The notes under the pieces were generated by a model, which was not told the origin of the DNA, made no database searches, and saw only the letters and a list, made by a program, of their open reading frames with translations. A stretch of DNA of 64,000 nt, taken from assembly GCA_951406725.2 (NCBI GenBank), contig OX597814.1, positions 98,332,001 through 98,396,000 of the forward strand, in the 5' to 3' direction. Origin of the DNA: Octopus vulgaris (Eukaryota). Position 1 is the first letter of the stretch. Every line of letters starts with the position of its first letter. Positions 39,994 through 54,720 of this stretch are shown piece by piece. The translations under genes and the position numbers were made by a program.

Positions 39994-42948
39994 CAGTGGT
40001 TTTCAACCAGGATTCCGCGGAACCTTAGGGTTCCGCCAGTACAGTCCAGGGGTTCCGCAAGAAGTTACATAAATGCTAAACTCGACAGTAATTTTTAATT
40101 CTCCTGTGCAGATATCTATGTACATGTTTGGCCTACGTGTACATCTACGATTTGCACGCCAGCGTAGATGACCCTGATCCTTGGTGTGTATATGTAGGCC
40201 TACAACGTGTACAACTACGAGTTACTCGCTAGCGTAGATGACCCTGATCCTTGGTGTGTACATGTACGTGCACATCTACGAGTTGCATGCCAGCTTAGAT
40301 GATGGTTTAGTTTCTTTTGTAAAATACGAGTGACTATATTTGGAAGAAACATTTTAACTGCGTAAGCCATTTAGGTGTTGTTGTTAATACGCCTTTTAAA
40401 AGATCTTTAGCTTTTTAAAAGGCGTTTTTGTAAAATCTTTTTCTTGTATGACGTCTATTAATATTTGGTCAAATGTTACGATTAAAAAATTCGAAAGAAA
40501 GTTGAATTACTTATGTAGAAAAAAAATAAGAAATAGGGAAACTGATACTAAATTATAAGATATGTAAATATGCATAAATATTAATTCCTTACAAGTTTCT
40601 GAATTAGAATAATAAACAAATAAATGACATTTTAAATTCAAATCCGAAAATCTATTTTATTATTATATGCATATTTACTAAAAAAGATTAATAAAGAAAG
40701 CTAAATTTTACATCATTAAACTCGCTACACTTTAAAGATCATTTTGTCCTGCGACTATTAGGTTTGCTTTTATATATATATACAATTCTGCTTACAGCCT
40801 TACAAATATGGATAGATTTCTGAAACAAAAACGTAAGTTAGATACAGATGAAGAGACGCAGGGTCTGAGTCAGTCTGTTGAAGCTGCAGCCACTGCCAGT
40901 GATGCTGCCTCGTCGAAATTACTAAGAAATGATGGAATTAAACTGCAACTAAAAGTTCGTCAATATTGTGAAAACTTCATAGCTCTGGGATTTACTTAGA
41001 CCGGAAACCCAGACTGCCCTTCACCTTTGTGTACTGTTTGTGGGGAGAAGCTGGCTAATAGTGTTATGGCACCAGCCAAACTGAAACAACACTTAACAAC
41101 TAAACATCTAGAGTTGTCATGCAAAAATGAACAATATTTTAAAAGAGAATTGGCATTTAATAAAAGGCAAGTTTCTATGTTTGCCAAAAAGTTCAAGTTG
41201 AGTGACAAAGGACAAGAAGCAAGTTATGCTGTGGCGGAGATAGTTGCTAGAAAAATGAAATCTCATACCATCGCTGAAACTGTAATTTTACCTGCATGCC
41301 AGGAAATAGTGAGGATAATATTTGGAGAGGATGCTGTATCAGAGCTAAATAAAATTCCACATTCTGACAACACAATAAGACATGTCAGGAGATATCGAGT
41401 GCAATATTAAGCCAAAAATACTGAAACATAAGTTGTTTGCACTTCAAGTTGATGAGAGTACAGACATCACTGGTAAATCACAGCTCCTTGTATTTGTTCG
41501 TTTTATTAATGATGAAGCTATTGTAGAAGACGTCCTGTGTTGCAAAGAGTTGCCAGAAACAAGAAAAGGACAAGATGTATTTGATGTTTTAAATTCATAT
41601 TTAGTGTATTGTGGATTGAACTGGAAAAACTGTGTTGGTATTTGTACAGATGGTGTCCCTGTAATGACAAGATGTCTTAAAGGCTTTGTCCTAATCGCAC
41701 AAAAACAAAATCCAAATATCATCCATACTCATTGTTTCATTCATAGAGAAGCACTAGTTGCTAAAAATCTTGGACCTGAACTAAAATCTGCATTGGATAT
41801 GGTAGTGAAAACAGATAATTACTTCAAAATAAGGCCCCTTAAGTGTCGACAGTTTGCGAAACTTTGTGTGGGTATGGAAGCAGACCATTCCACCTTAATC
41901 CAGCTCACAGAAATACGATGGTTGTCAAGGGGGAAAGTAATGTCTCGTTTTTACGAATTCAGAGAAGAGTTATTGACCTTTTGTTTGCAAGAAAACCTGA
42001 AAGACTTTGTAGAATGTTTGAGTGATGACCATTGGTGTTCCAAGTTAGCATATCTTGCCAATATATTTCATGAGCTAAGCCTCATGCAGGGCAGGAACGA
42101 AAATATCTTGTCTTCTACTGACAAAATAAATGCTTTTCAGAAGAAATTGACAATATGGGAGAAACGCATAGCTGCAGGAAATTGGGAAATGTTTCCAAGT
42201 GTTTTGAAAAGGAATTGTCAAGAAACTGAGCTACTGATTTTGAACCATTTGCACACTTTGTTAAAAATCTTGACAAATATTTTCCATCAATATCTGTTAA
42301 CCAGCATGACTGGATTAGAAACTCATTTGTGGAATTTGAGCCATTTGAAGAACAGTTCACATTAACAGAAGAAGAAGAACTTGCCAGTGTTTTAAATGAC
42401 AGAACATTAAAGTTGAAGCATTCTGAGCTTCACCTGAATGTATTTTGGTTGCTGGTTGAAAAGGAATATCCTGCAATCGCCCAGAAAGCGCTGCGACTTC
42501 TTGTGCAGTTTTCACTTCTGTGAATTTGGATTTTTAGCCCTGACAACCATCAAGCACAAGAAGCACAATTGCTGTCTGTGGAAGATGAACTTCATGTGTT
42601 TCTATCAAAAACACGGCCCATTCTTAAAGAGTTGTGCAAGAAACACTAGGCTCAAGTTTCTCATTGAGGTTTTGATGAGAATAAATGTAATTTATTCAAA
42701 CTAAAGTTTTTTAAATACATGTTTTAATAATAACTGTAGATGCAAGAATAAAATTGCATATGTACGTGACAATCTTTTTACAGTTTGTGATTTTATTGTA
42801 AATAAATCTGAACATGAGTATTTTCATTTCATTAATTAAATGCTGTTTTTTTTTTGCATAAGACAATTAAATTATTGCACAGGGTTTCCTCGAGTCAGTG
42901 GAATGTTTCCTTGGGGTTCTGCTCTAGCAAAAAGGTTGAAAAGCACTG
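39994..42948 (+). mobile_element. Full-length Buster/Charlie-type hAT DNA transposon
   Basis: TIRs CAGTGGTTTTCAACC / GGTTGAAAAGCACTG; 8-bp TSD CTTTAAAA at 39986-39993 and 42949-42956; subterminal GGTTCC repeats. Confidence 0.95.
40808..42668 (+). pseudogene. hAT (Buster family) transposase pseudogene
   Basis: BED finger CTVC...KLKQHLTTKH, FALQVDESTD, ICTDG, HCFIHREAL, EIRWLSRG and CEFGF; stop at 40997 plus several frameshifts. Confidence 0.95.
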
Positions 42949-43307
42949 CTTTAAAATGTTCATTTATAGCAACATGCTTATTTTTGTTCCAATATTTCTG
43001 AAAATTGCCGGCAACAGAACACGTTTCTGTGTGCTGTGCATAGTGGATCCCAACATTTGTTGCTTTTCAGACTTCCGGTTCCTAAAAGTGAATATAATTT
43101 ATACAATTCCATTAAGTCGATTATATTCCTCCCGTTCAATTTGTATATTTGTCGAAAAGTATAACCAGCAGCAGCAGCAGCACCCCCCCCCACCACCACC
43201 ACCGTCGTCGTCGACATCATCACCATCACTAACACTGACGATGGAGTTGGTGATAATGATTTGATGATTATCAACGTTACTGCAGATGATAATGAGTAAT
43301 TGCCTGG

Positions 43308-43652
43308 TTACATCCGCCTTAGCGAAGGCGGAGGTATTGTTTCCTGTCGTGTTTGTTTGTTTGTTTGTTTGTCCGTGGACAATATATCTCAAGAATTGCT
43401 GGCTGGATTCTGATGAAACTTCCAGGGATGTTTGGCTTCGTAGCTGGCACGAACTGATTAGATTTTGGGATCGATCCGGTACTGGACAAAGATTCTGGTT
43501 TATTTTTCCGTTTTTTTTGTGCTTAATTTTTGAGAGCGGTCGGGCTCATTTTTAGTATTCTCATTTGTGAGAGCAGTCGAGCTTATTTCAGATATTATCA
43601 TTTTAAAGTTGGTGTTGCCTTGGCGGAGGTTTGCGCTCTCTGAGTGCTCTTG
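43308..43652 (+). mobile_element. Helentron-associated non-autonomous element (HINE/DINE-like)
   Basis: 5' palindrome TCCGCCTT-AGCG-AAGGCGGA, (GTTT)n, 3' subterminal GGCGGAGG followed by hairpin GCGCTC-TCT-GAGTGC. Confidence 0.75.
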
Positions 43653-44681
43653 TTAAAGTTGGATAATTGTTCTTATTTATCAATATACCCGTTTGTTTCT
43701 TTGATCACAGATGATGGATGAATAATTCACAACGGCCGGAATTGAACCCATGGTAATGTGGCACCAAATATGATAGAGTTAAACACTGTCTACTCTTTTA
43801 CTCGTTTCTCCAAAGAATGGAAAATGTAAGTATGTATTATAATATACAGCAGCAAAGAAACATAATACTGTTAATACATTAGTAATTTTATATTCGAACT
43901 AGCTGCCAAGAATGCCTTATATTTCCAAAGTGGTCAATTTAGTTTACTTAGAGGTCTTTGTTAAATGTTACATTATAAATAATACATTAATGAACAATTA
44001 TAAAAAGCTGCACGATCGCTTGTGAAAATCCCAAAAGGATTAAAACGTGACATGTACCGTTGTTCTCCGCTTTTGCTGTATACGAAAAAATGTACATAAA
44101 AAATGTATTGTTTACAATCATTGTAACGCCCGGTGTTTGCTATAAAACATCTATAGATATATTATTCTTCTATAATGCAGTATGTACAATATAACTAAGG
44201 AACCAAAAATTCATTATACAATTGGTTTAACATTGGACTTATATGGTTCGTCGCTTGTAAATATATATCAATAGAAATCGTAATTTAAAAAAAAAAATTA
44301 GTAGAGATAAGTTTCACAAGTGCTAATCAACAAACTGAGTTCGATTCTCTGTTTTAATTATTTGACATTTTACACTGATGATATCCATACGTCGACCCAA
44401 AAAACAACAATAAGCACACACGTGTTCATACATTTATTTCTTTGACCATAATTATTTGTAGCTGTATGTTTACATGAGAGTGTATGTTGACTGAGTGGAT
44501 AAGATAATGGGAAATTAATCAAGAGGCAAGAAGTGTCTAACTTTAATGTCACCACATTGTGCTCGTGACTAATACGACTCATTTAGTCGGCTCATTCTAC
44601 CGGGCTGAAAATAGATATCACAGAATAAAAATAACTCTTCGATACGTAGTTCGGTGGGTTACAGTATTGATTTCAACATCT

Positions 44682-45085
44682 GCGTAGGAGTGGCTGTGTG
44701 GTAAGTAGCTTTTGTACCAATCACATGGTTCCGGGTCAGTCCCACTGCATGGCATCTTGGGCAACTGTCTTCTACTATAGCCTTGGGTCGACCAAAGCCT
44801 TGTGAGTGGATTTGGTAGACGGAAACTGAAAGAAGCCCGTCGTGTATATGTATATATATATATATATATATGTGTGTGTATATGTTTGTCTCCCCCCAAC
44901 ATCGCTTGACAACCGATGCTGGTGTGTTTACGTCACCGTAACTTAGCAGTTCGGCAAAAGAAACTGATAGAATAAGTACTAGGCCTACAAAGAATAGGTC
45001 CTGGGGTCGATTTGCTCGGCCAAAGGTGGTGCTCCAGCATCGCCGCAGTCAAGTGACTGAAACAAGTAAAAGAGTAAAAGAGTAA
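44682..45085 (+). mobile_element. SINE family B, full length
   Basis: Near-identical to 6490-6968. Confidence 0.9.
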
Positions 45086-45761
45086 AAAGAGAGAGAGTAT
45101 ATTTTAGGGAAGTGGCTTCATAGATGTTCTGAACCCTAATAACCTACTTTTAAAAGTCAATAACTCTGAACACACGTTGATAGATATCTCTGATCTTGGA
45201 AAGTCAAGTAGTTGATTAACATAGTTCAATTAGAGGATGAAAGGAATGTTCATGTAAGTGACTGATACAGGGATATAAATATTTCTATTAAATTTCTATT
45301 AAGATAAGTAGAAAGGTCAGACATTCTGATTTCGTTTCTTCTTATAAGTGCCAAAAGACTTTCAACAAGCACAATGCCCGTGACAATGAGTAACTAATAC
45401 TGGATGACTAGAGAATGTTTGTTTTTTTCTAGTAGTAATGATGCTTAACTGTAGGAGTGGAACATTTTGTAGGAGTGTTTAAAGGAGTGAAACATTTTGC
45501 TTAAACTGAAGTAGATTTTGTAATGAGTTACATTTTGTTTTAAAATTTCGTTCCGATATTTTGCCAGCGTTTGCGGAGGTGGAAGTAATGTCATTATATT
45601 TTGAGATAAAGAAATGCAATTACTGTTTGTATGTACCTTAATACCAGATACTAATTTTCTAATCTTTTAAAACCACAACTCTTGTTATCTCTCTCACTTT
45701 CTCTCTTCCTCACACTTACTTATACGTATGTACGCTCTCTTTCCTTCATCCTATCTCTCTC

Positions 45762-45851
<90 letters not shown>

Positions 45852-48800
45852 CGAAAACGAGAACGTATACTTTTGCAAGCTTGTATGTTCCTGTATGATA
45901 GCGTATTATTGCGTCTGCCTTTTCTTCACAGCAACTGCATTCTCTCTCTGAGAGTGAGAGGAAAAAAAGAGTCAAAGAAAGAAGCAGAGAGTGGTTGAGA
46001 GAGGGAAGCATTGCTATAGTCACATATGCTTATTTTTGTTTGTCTTTATATCTTTGCAATGGCACATTTCCAAAACCTAACTGTATCAAGGAGGGAAATG
46101 AAAAGAAAAAAAGTCAGAAATCAGCATATGACCTACATATTTCTCCTTTGAGTTTTGATACAAATGCTAAAGATATCTATTATTACTTTACGAGAATTTG
46201 GTTGCACGAAGCAACAGATTTACGACGGTGTGCTTTATTTTCCTTTTTTACACTCCAATATATATATATCATTATTATTATTATTATCTCATTATTATAT
46301 AGGCACACAAGTAAATTTTAAGAAAGAAGGTTATAATTTATATAATCGATTCAAATATGTTACTGGTGCTTAATTTAAAGCTTGCTGTGGGATGAAAGAC
46401 AAAATTAACTCTCCTTGGATTTTACTTCAGAACGTAACTGTACAAAACTGAAGTCAGGTACTTTAACAGCAATGCTAAACCTCCGCTTTTTACAATATGA
46501 TATAAATAGTATCTCGTGTATTGGCAACAACTAAAGTAGTTTGAGTTTTGTAGTTTGCAGCAACTTAATGCTTTATCTTGTTATGCACAGAAATGTATTT
46601 TCTTTACGTAATGCATGTTAATTACAAGGTACATATAACACTTATATATGTCACTTTTATATCCAACGAAGTTTAATAAGATCCATATTTAATTCGCGTG
46701 TTATTTTAAGAAGGCATTTCTGTATTCTAGTTAAGAGTTACTCTATGATATAAAATTTAATTCATGTAGGTTCTGTCTGGTATTAAATAAGCATATATAC
46801 TAATCATATCTTACAGGTATGATGAATATTAGTGCAGTCACGGACTATAGTATATCTATTTAAAATCAGATATCGTATTATCTGACATAGGTGTTTAATG
46901 GGTCTGTCATATTTCAGGGAACGTACTCTTTTTCAAATAAAAGAAAAAGAAATTAAAAAATTTGGCGAAGAACCTGTTGGTAACAAGTTTTCTTTCTTCG
47001 ATATGAAGAGGAAAATAGTTATAGAAATAAAGGATCATAGAAAATCTGTATAAGATAATACAATACCAGTTTTTTTTAAATATTTCAATAATTTAAGAAG
47101 TAATAGTCTTTCATAGAGTAATAGACTTAATCATTCGCCCAGTTTAACATCAGTTATGGTCTTTGGTTACATTTAGTGAACCCCACTACGTTGAAGCATT
47201 CGTACCATTTCCGATCTGCGTATAATTTACAACATATCTCCATATAACTCAACCGGAAGGCTCTGAAAAGGGACATCAACATTGCCTTTCTTTCTCTGAT
47301 AAACTATAAAGGATTAACATATTTTTTTATGTGACCCACATTATTGCTACTGCTCAGAATGCAACTACTTCATGCCTAAACATTTTACTGCATATCCTAA
47401 AAAAAGATAATTTGACCGATAGTTAGACCCATATATCAATACACTTCGACTACTACTCCACCAACACAGTCGTCTGGTGTCACTGTAATATACACTTGTT
47501 TCACTCTCTCGCACTCCTTTTACCTTAATTTGTCACATCCTCTCAGTCCGTATCAGTCACTTCATATATACATTATATTCTAAAATGTCAAACCAACAAG
47601 GGAGCCTCTTCGTGATTGCTCAATCTTTTAGAAATAGTAGCTAAATTTACCCCAGATCATACTCTAAATTCATTGGACAGAAAGTATACTAGTCGAAAAA
47701 GGTAGACTTGAAACACGCAAATGACAGGGTGGTCACAGTTGCAGTGCTTTTGATTACCGATCTATACGACCAGGGTTGACCTTATGCTATAGAAAAGCGA
47801 AAACCCTAAAACTGAAATTGTCTGCTACTCTCTTCTTGGCGACGTTTACTCTACAGACATCACACTATTGAAATTCATGAGGAACACTAACTGAATTGAT
47901 CATGGCATTTTTGTTTATAATTTCGTCTTGTTAGTGACTCTTGCGTGGGTGCGCAAAAATGAAATATTGAAATTACGGTGGAGGACCACTTATATTCCAG
48001 TGATGTCTTCTAAACATTACTTTTAATCACATTTGTTTCTATGCAGTCAATATAACTCGTAAACCTTTCAACATACAGCAACTTCATCATGCTTTTTAGA
48101 TATTTATGTCAAACGTGCACATACAGGGACTCAAAAGAACTTCCAGATAGGCACATGAAAACCTAGGGCCTTTCCAAAGAATCAACAAGACAAACACAAA
48201 CACCAAGGGAGAAGTATTGTATTACACTCTCATTATACTTGAATAACGTATAACGATTACAACTGTTAAGTGCCATAATATTAAAAGTGATAAAACCTGA
48301 CTCTATAAACTAGGTTTCCTCTTTAGAACCAGAACATATTTCACATCTGACAAGTCACTAAACATTTACAAAGCTCAACTAAGATCTGCACTCAATCTTC
48401 ACATACTTTGATTGAGCTATTGCGGACTTCACAAATACCATAAACTACATCTTGAAATGAATTAAGAGAATTTTCAATGTTTCACCATTACGAAACCCAC
48501 TCGATGCATGTAACTCTTCACTGTCTTACTTCAATAACTGTACTTAACACTGCCTGATCTTTCCTCCCTAGCTAGCAGTATTCTGGATCCCTTCCTTATC
48601 CACATTTTCCCTGCAGGCATTACCTGTATACATTTTGCTTTATGTCGGTCATATCGATTTCATTATTCTGAAATAAAAGACAAGAACTTTGTTTCCTAAT
48701 ACTTTGATTAAAAATAAAGAATCTGCTGTGGTCGTTTTCATTATATCTCTTCCTTCATGCATGGGCTTTTGCAGCTGAAAACTTTGAACTTAGTCCTGTA

Positions 48801-50449
48801 CAACAATGAACCATTTATCATTTATACAGTGTATCATCCGACATTAATGTAGAGTAAATCTCTTCGTGATACATAATTTAAGAGGGATGTTGTTTTTATG
48901 TTTGTTCTTTTTTATCCATTTCTAGTGGAAGTAGTTAGACATGTCTCTTATAGAGTTATAAATCTCTCAGATAATAATACTAACACTCAATACTACATCC
49001 ATACATCGCTCATATCGTTCAGTATCAAAGTATTTAATCCTCTCGAATATTTGATTATAAAATAATATTCAATGTTTAGATGAATATAATGTATGTTATT
49101 CAGTTTAATTATGCACACTTGCCCATTATTATAAGGAATAAATCGCTCTACAAATTAGAAAAAGCTTACGCGAACACTAAATGTTCGTCAGTACTAGAAA
49201 GGAAGAGAGACACACACAAGGAGAAGACTCCATAGCTGTATTAAAGACAAACCGCTGTATATCTATCGTTATATCCTTATAGAATCAGTTGTTTCTTCAG
49301 TTAACTGCCATATCTGTCAGATCTATAAACTAGCCACAATTGCTACAGACAGGAATCGAAATGGTACAGCAGATCTGACAACAATATTTGCAAAGGAATG
49401 TAGAACAGCTAAATAAATAAATAAAATAAGATAAAAATAAAGATAATAACATTTAAATATTTGAATATTGATGGATGAATGAAAGATAAAAGAAATGCTT
49501 ATGTAACACACTGGCTCTTCGATTAATCACGATTCGCTTCTCCGGTCCGAGGTTAATCCATTAAACAGGATCAATTATTAAGCCATGTTTAACATTGATA
49601 CCAAAATACCTCAGCCTTACATCAGTCTAAGCTGCCGTCTTTACACGTCTAACTAACTTTTTCATCGATTTCCCAACTAGAAATATGTAATCATATATCT
49701 GTATTAAATATATCTAGTTACATATTTGTACTTAACACATATTTCTCCATTAACCTATCTCGTCCTGCGTTATTAGATAAATTATTTCTTTTATCATATA
49801 GTTTGATCTTCTTGAATTTTATAGAAATAAAAGAGCGTGTTTGCCTAAAGGTCAATTTTGTAGGTAAATTTTGTATAAACAACGAAGTCATTGTCTATAA
49901 ATGTTTAGGAATTTTAAAAGATATTGAGAAGTTAAGACATCACGAATGCTTCTGTCTTCATGTAGCCTGTCTAATGCGCGATAGTTTATTGTAAGTTACT
50001 CTTGCTTTAATTATACAGAAAATTAAAATTTCGTTCACTACTGTAGATTAATATATGACTTCAGGAGAGTACAAAATTTTCCCCAAGTTCCTAATAATCT
50101 TGTAAAATGGCATAAATGCTACAAAAGTTCGTGAATTTTTATAGGTTTGTATACCGTAGGTAGACTGAGAAATCTAACGTCTTGGTTTTTGGTACTGTTC
50201 CTTCATCTGGGGGAGAAATATTTTCATTTGTAAAATATTTCTCTCACCCTTTTTCTCTCTTCACCTCTCTCTCTCTTGCACAAAACACACACTAACATCC
50301 ACCACCCGCACACAGAGATAACCACGAAACCTTCGCTTAAAGAATAATTCAAGTGCACATTGATTTAGATCGTTAAATCAAGGAAATGGCACCTATATGC
50401 AGTTAGCTAGGTGAAACATAACAACAACTGAGTTAATATTTAGCGAAAG

Positions 50450-50630
50450 CTAAGTCGGCGAGCTGGCAGAGTCGTTAGCACGCGAGGCAAAATGCTTTTT
50501 ATCCGACTTTTTGCTCTGAGTTCTAATTCCGTAGAGAGCCGACTTAACTTTTTCATCCTTTCGAGGACGATGAATTAAGTACCAGTTGATCACTGAGGTT
50601 GATATAATTGACTTCCCCATTCCCCAAAAC
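50450..50630 (+). mobile_element. Diverged SINE family A
   Basis: GGCGAGCTGGCAGAGTCGTTAGCACG...TTTCATCCTTTCGAGG. Confidence 0.75.
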
Positions 50631-50655
50631 GTGATTGACTGTGAAATATGTTTTA

Positions 50656-50746
50656 ATTCCATTATGTCAGATATAAATTTTGATAAATCTGATAAAGTCT
50701 AATTCCATTATGTCAGATATAAATTTTGATAAATCTGATAAAGTCA
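50656..50746. repeat. 45-bp tandem duplication
   Basis: AATTCCATTATGTCAGATATAAATTTTGATAAATCTGATAAAGTC occurs twice. Confidence 0.9.
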
Positions 50747-50839
50747 ATTACTTGGATGCAATTTGATCACAGTCTATGGGTCGTTGTCATGTGTTCTGGT
50801 AGTGGGCGGATCCAGCACATCTCGAATTGTAGGGCGTGA

Positions 50840-51410
50840 CATGTTCAATACTGTTTATACTCTCCTTGGATGTTCAAAACAGTCATACACTGTCGGTACA
50901 TGGGGTGCATGATGCGGTTCACAAAAGCCATTGGCACCTGTGCCAACACCTGAGGAAAGTTGACTTCAGTTCCACACAGTTGTCGGCCTTGGGACCACCT
51001 GGTTCAGCCGTCTCTGGATTTCATCCCACAGATGTTAAATTGGGCTCAAATCCGGGTTGAGAGCCGGTCACGGTATGGTTCTGATGTTGTGTCGACATAG
51101 GAAGTCCATGGTGGCCCTGGCGTGTAGGAGGGAACATTGCCCTGCTGGAACACGTGGCTATGGTGACACGCGAAGAAGGGCACGATGTGAGGTCTTAGGA
51201 TCTGGTCAACGTAGTGCTACGCTGTGATGCCATTCCCTCTGACTGTACCAACATTTTTGGAACACATGGGGTTCAGTTCTCTGATTCAGGATTATAGCAC
51301 CCCAAACCACGAGGCTTTAGCTACTCCACGCGTCTCTCTCCATGACACAAGCATCTCTGTAGCGTTCAATCCTCCTACGCCACACCCTCACTCTACCATC
51401 CTACATACCC
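50840..51410 (-). pseudogene. Tc1-like transposase fragment
   Basis: DGRVRVWRRRIERY...LVVWGAI, FQQGNVP and P*PALNPDLSPI*HLWDEIQRRL. Confidence 0.85.
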
Positions 51411-51449
51411 AAGATGGGCATTTTGAATTAAATCGCTTGGAGGGCTTAT

Positions 51450-53270
51450 TTAAACAATTATCCACCTGCGAAAGACCGGGACAAATCCGACCTCCACGCG
51501 TAGCGACACCAGTCAAAAGCTTTAGATAATCCCTACCCTTGCCAGGAATCCTATTAACCCTCTCTAAGGTATAGCGAATAAGGTGGAGATTGTCCTGTAT
51601 GGACCTGTGATAAATGGCGCAAGTTTGCGCCTCCCCGACGTGTCCGCCCACGATCCGCCCTAACCTTTTTGCTAACACCTTGGCCAAAATCTTGAACTCT
51701 GTGTTAAGCAGAATGATGGGCCTAAAATTATCTACTATATCCCCCTTGTTTGAGTCCTTTCTTAGCAGCACCACAACCACCCCCGACTCACGGATCTAGG
51801 TATATATCCACGCTGCCAGTTGGTGTAGACGCATGCTAGTAGGTTACCAAAGTCTGGTATGCTATAATATAGTTCGTAGGGTAGACCATCCACTCCCGGC
51901 GACTTGTTCCTGCTGCAGTCCGACAAAGCCTCCTCCACCTCCACAGCTGTGATTGGTCCTTCACAGCATTCCGCTTTCCGCCCAGAGAGATGCGGCAAAC
52001 CGGTGGGGAGTCCGCGAGGTCCTCCCTACGCTCCTGTCCACCGCCCCTCCCGAATAACTGGGAAAAATGCTCTTGAAAGACCTTACACATCTCCTCGGGT
52101 TTATCTACCGAGCGCTCATGTTGATCCGTCAAAGACCTTATTGTGACATTATTGCCACGTTGGGTCTCTATCAGATGTACCCATCCGACAACATTGATTC
52201 CCTCTCGTCCCATTGCACGAAGCTTAGTTTTGACAACGCATACCTCGTGTTTAGCCTCGAGTCATTGGTTGAGCGCCAATCTCGCAGCTAAAACTTGGGA
52301 TGCACTGCCAGTCCGCTATGCTTCTTTTAGAGCCTTAGCTAGGCCCCTTTCTATTATATTCTTCTTAAATCCTATTTCTTTACTAAACCTAACAAACTCA
52401 GACTTCATGGCTCTTTTGAGGGCATAACAAAATTTGTCGTCAATAATGGATCCGGTTAATGCCCTCATTACTAACTGTCTAATCCGGCTTCTGTACTCTT
52501 CATAAGCCAAAAGTGACTTGCTAAGTTTCCAGTAGCTGGGATCCCGTCTACATAACATACCTAACTCAAGCCTACAGGTCACGAATTTGTGATCATTGTA
52601 GCTGACGTAATGGAATTGTGGACACCTGACTAAGTCTTTATCATTAATTCTAATTATAATTCTATCTAAGTATGATCTAGAAGACATTTCACTATTAGAC
52701 CATGACCACAATGGAGTGTCCGGGAATTCTAGTCTGTCTCGATCTGCCAGCTGAAAATGACTGAGCAGACTGCTGAGGCAAGGGTTTCTCCTCATGTTGG
52801 GATTCGAGCCAACACAATCTACACGTGCATCGCAAATTGTGTTATAGACTCCTACCAACACTAAAGTATGCGACGTTCCTAGAAAATTCTCTAGACTTCT
52901 GAAATATTCAGACCGCTCAGTTCCACAAGGAGCATAGACAACTCCCAGCTTGACGGTCTTCACACTGTTGTGCGTCACATCAAGGACGACCAACCTGCTT
53001 TCCGGTTCAACAAAGACTGCTCTCATCTCTATCGTCAGACTTTTCCTGAATAGAACTGCGACGCCTCCCTACCCTCTAGGTTGGCATGGAGAAATGAATT
53101 TTTCGTAGCCATTTAGGAGGGGTGAAAAATCCCGCAGTCCACTCAGTCTGGTTTCTGTAGTGACCACTACATCCAACCTATGCGACTTGAGGTCATTAAA
53201 GTGGCGACCTTGCTTCCAGTCTGACCCCAGGCCGCGTACATTTATATATCCTACATTAAGGGAGGACAAA
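51450..53270 (-). pseudogene. Tx1/L1-clade ORF2 (APE endonuclease and RT N-terminus), disrupted and 3'-truncated
   Basis: YINVRGL, TETRL, VYAP, SYLDRI, DHKFV, SYWKL, KSPGVDGLPYELY, NFRPIILLNTEFKILAKVLAKRL and SKAFD. Confidence 0.9.
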
Positions 53271-53279
53271 AAATCTTAC

Positions 53280-54720
53280 CTTAATGGAAGAGGTTTGAAC
53301 CCTCCTCTTCGTCCGTGGTCTGTGGATCTACTTCAATGAATTGGTGGTATATTGACTCGGTGATTTTTTCCTCAGAGTAACTACACCCTCTGGGAATGAT
53401 GTTTTAAGTTTATGGTGATATTCCAAATTTAATGAAGACAAATCTAACAGTTTTGGGGGACATCCTTGTTTGGAGGATTTCAAATGCTTTTAGCAGATAT
53501 ACTTCTTTTTTTAGCTTTGTACGTCTGGTATTATAACACCTGTTTTTTGAGGAGGGATTTGGGGAGTTTGGATATTATGTGTGTTTGCCTGTGTGAATTT
53601 TTCTGTGGGGAAAGGGATAGGTTTAGTGTCTATAGTAGGAAGGGGGTTGGTGTCTGTGGGGACAGGGTGGGGATCAGTGTCTATTGCGATACGGTGGGGA
53701 CGAGTGTCTGTGGGGACAGTTTGGGGAATCTTTTTTTCTTTGACACTGTCGTCCATTCACTGTCAGACAATTTCTCCTGCGCTTCTTTTCTTTTCATTGA
53801 AGTATTTTCCTCTGAGCTCTTCTTCACAACTTCAGGAACCGGCGTCGTAGGCGGTGTAGGTGCAGCTGCTTTCACAACTGGTGGGAGCTCTGGAGTTTTA
53901 GGGCGGAGGGTACTCTGCTCTTGTATGGCCTTTCAGGTCACACTTAAAGCAACTTTCAACTTTGTTTCCTGTCCCACCAGTATAGTGTCAGCAATTTCCT
54001 CAAGGTCCTCAAGGGTAGGTTGGATTAGCATTTCTAAACCCTATCCCTACCAGTTTTGTTGATTGATTTTCGTTGCCTGGAGGATTGTTATCTTTTCCTC
54101 CAAGTCTAAAATAACAGTGGCCACAAGCCAGCAAGGTCGACCTACTGTAGAATTTTTCGTACCTTTACATTGTACATTTACCAAGGTATGTTATTTGGAA
54201 GATCACCTTATTCGTCTTGAGTGGGGTTGTCGAGTGTTGCTTGGCTATTTCCTCGGTCTTAAACCGCACTTCCACTGTTGCGAATATTTTACCCCTGGCA
54301 AGGTATTCAATATCTAGCCCGATGGGCCTCAGACACTTCTCTACTTGGTCTTTTGTTACCATGTCCAGTTTTTTGTTTTTTAATGAAAACAAATTGAAAA
54401 TTACGTTTTTCTTACAGTGTTCTGTTATTTCATTGGGACGGGGTCAACTTAATTTCGTGTCCCTCCTTTTGTAACAATCCCTTGTATTTGTCTAGTTCAT
54501 TTTTCTCAATGGTTATTCTCTTTAGTTATACCGGCTACCGCCGCAAAATTAAATACTTTAAATTCCTTGTTTGTATTATCCGAGTCTATTTTGTATCCTT
54601 TTGTATATTATCCGAGTAATTTTTTGAAGTCATTACCTTGTTCAATCTTTGTACATACTGATTTATCTCTTCCTCAGAAGAATCGACGTTAGTTGAACTA
54701 ATGCTTGAACATATCATTTT
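53280..54720 (-). pseudogene. ORF1 region of the same Tx1/L1 element
   Basis: VEKCLRPIGLDIEYLARGKIFATVEVRF directly upstream of ORF2; paralogous to the two ORF1s below. Confidence 0.75.

Noticed and set aside
40808-42668. Domesticated ZBED5/SCAND3-like host gene
   Set aside because: An internal stop, frameshifts, intact TIRs and a TSD show it is a transposon copy
43711-43825. Candidate exon with a good acceptor (TTTGATCACAG) and donor (GTAAGT)
   Set aside because: All three frames have stops within the first 15 nt and no partner exons were found; it could only be non-coding
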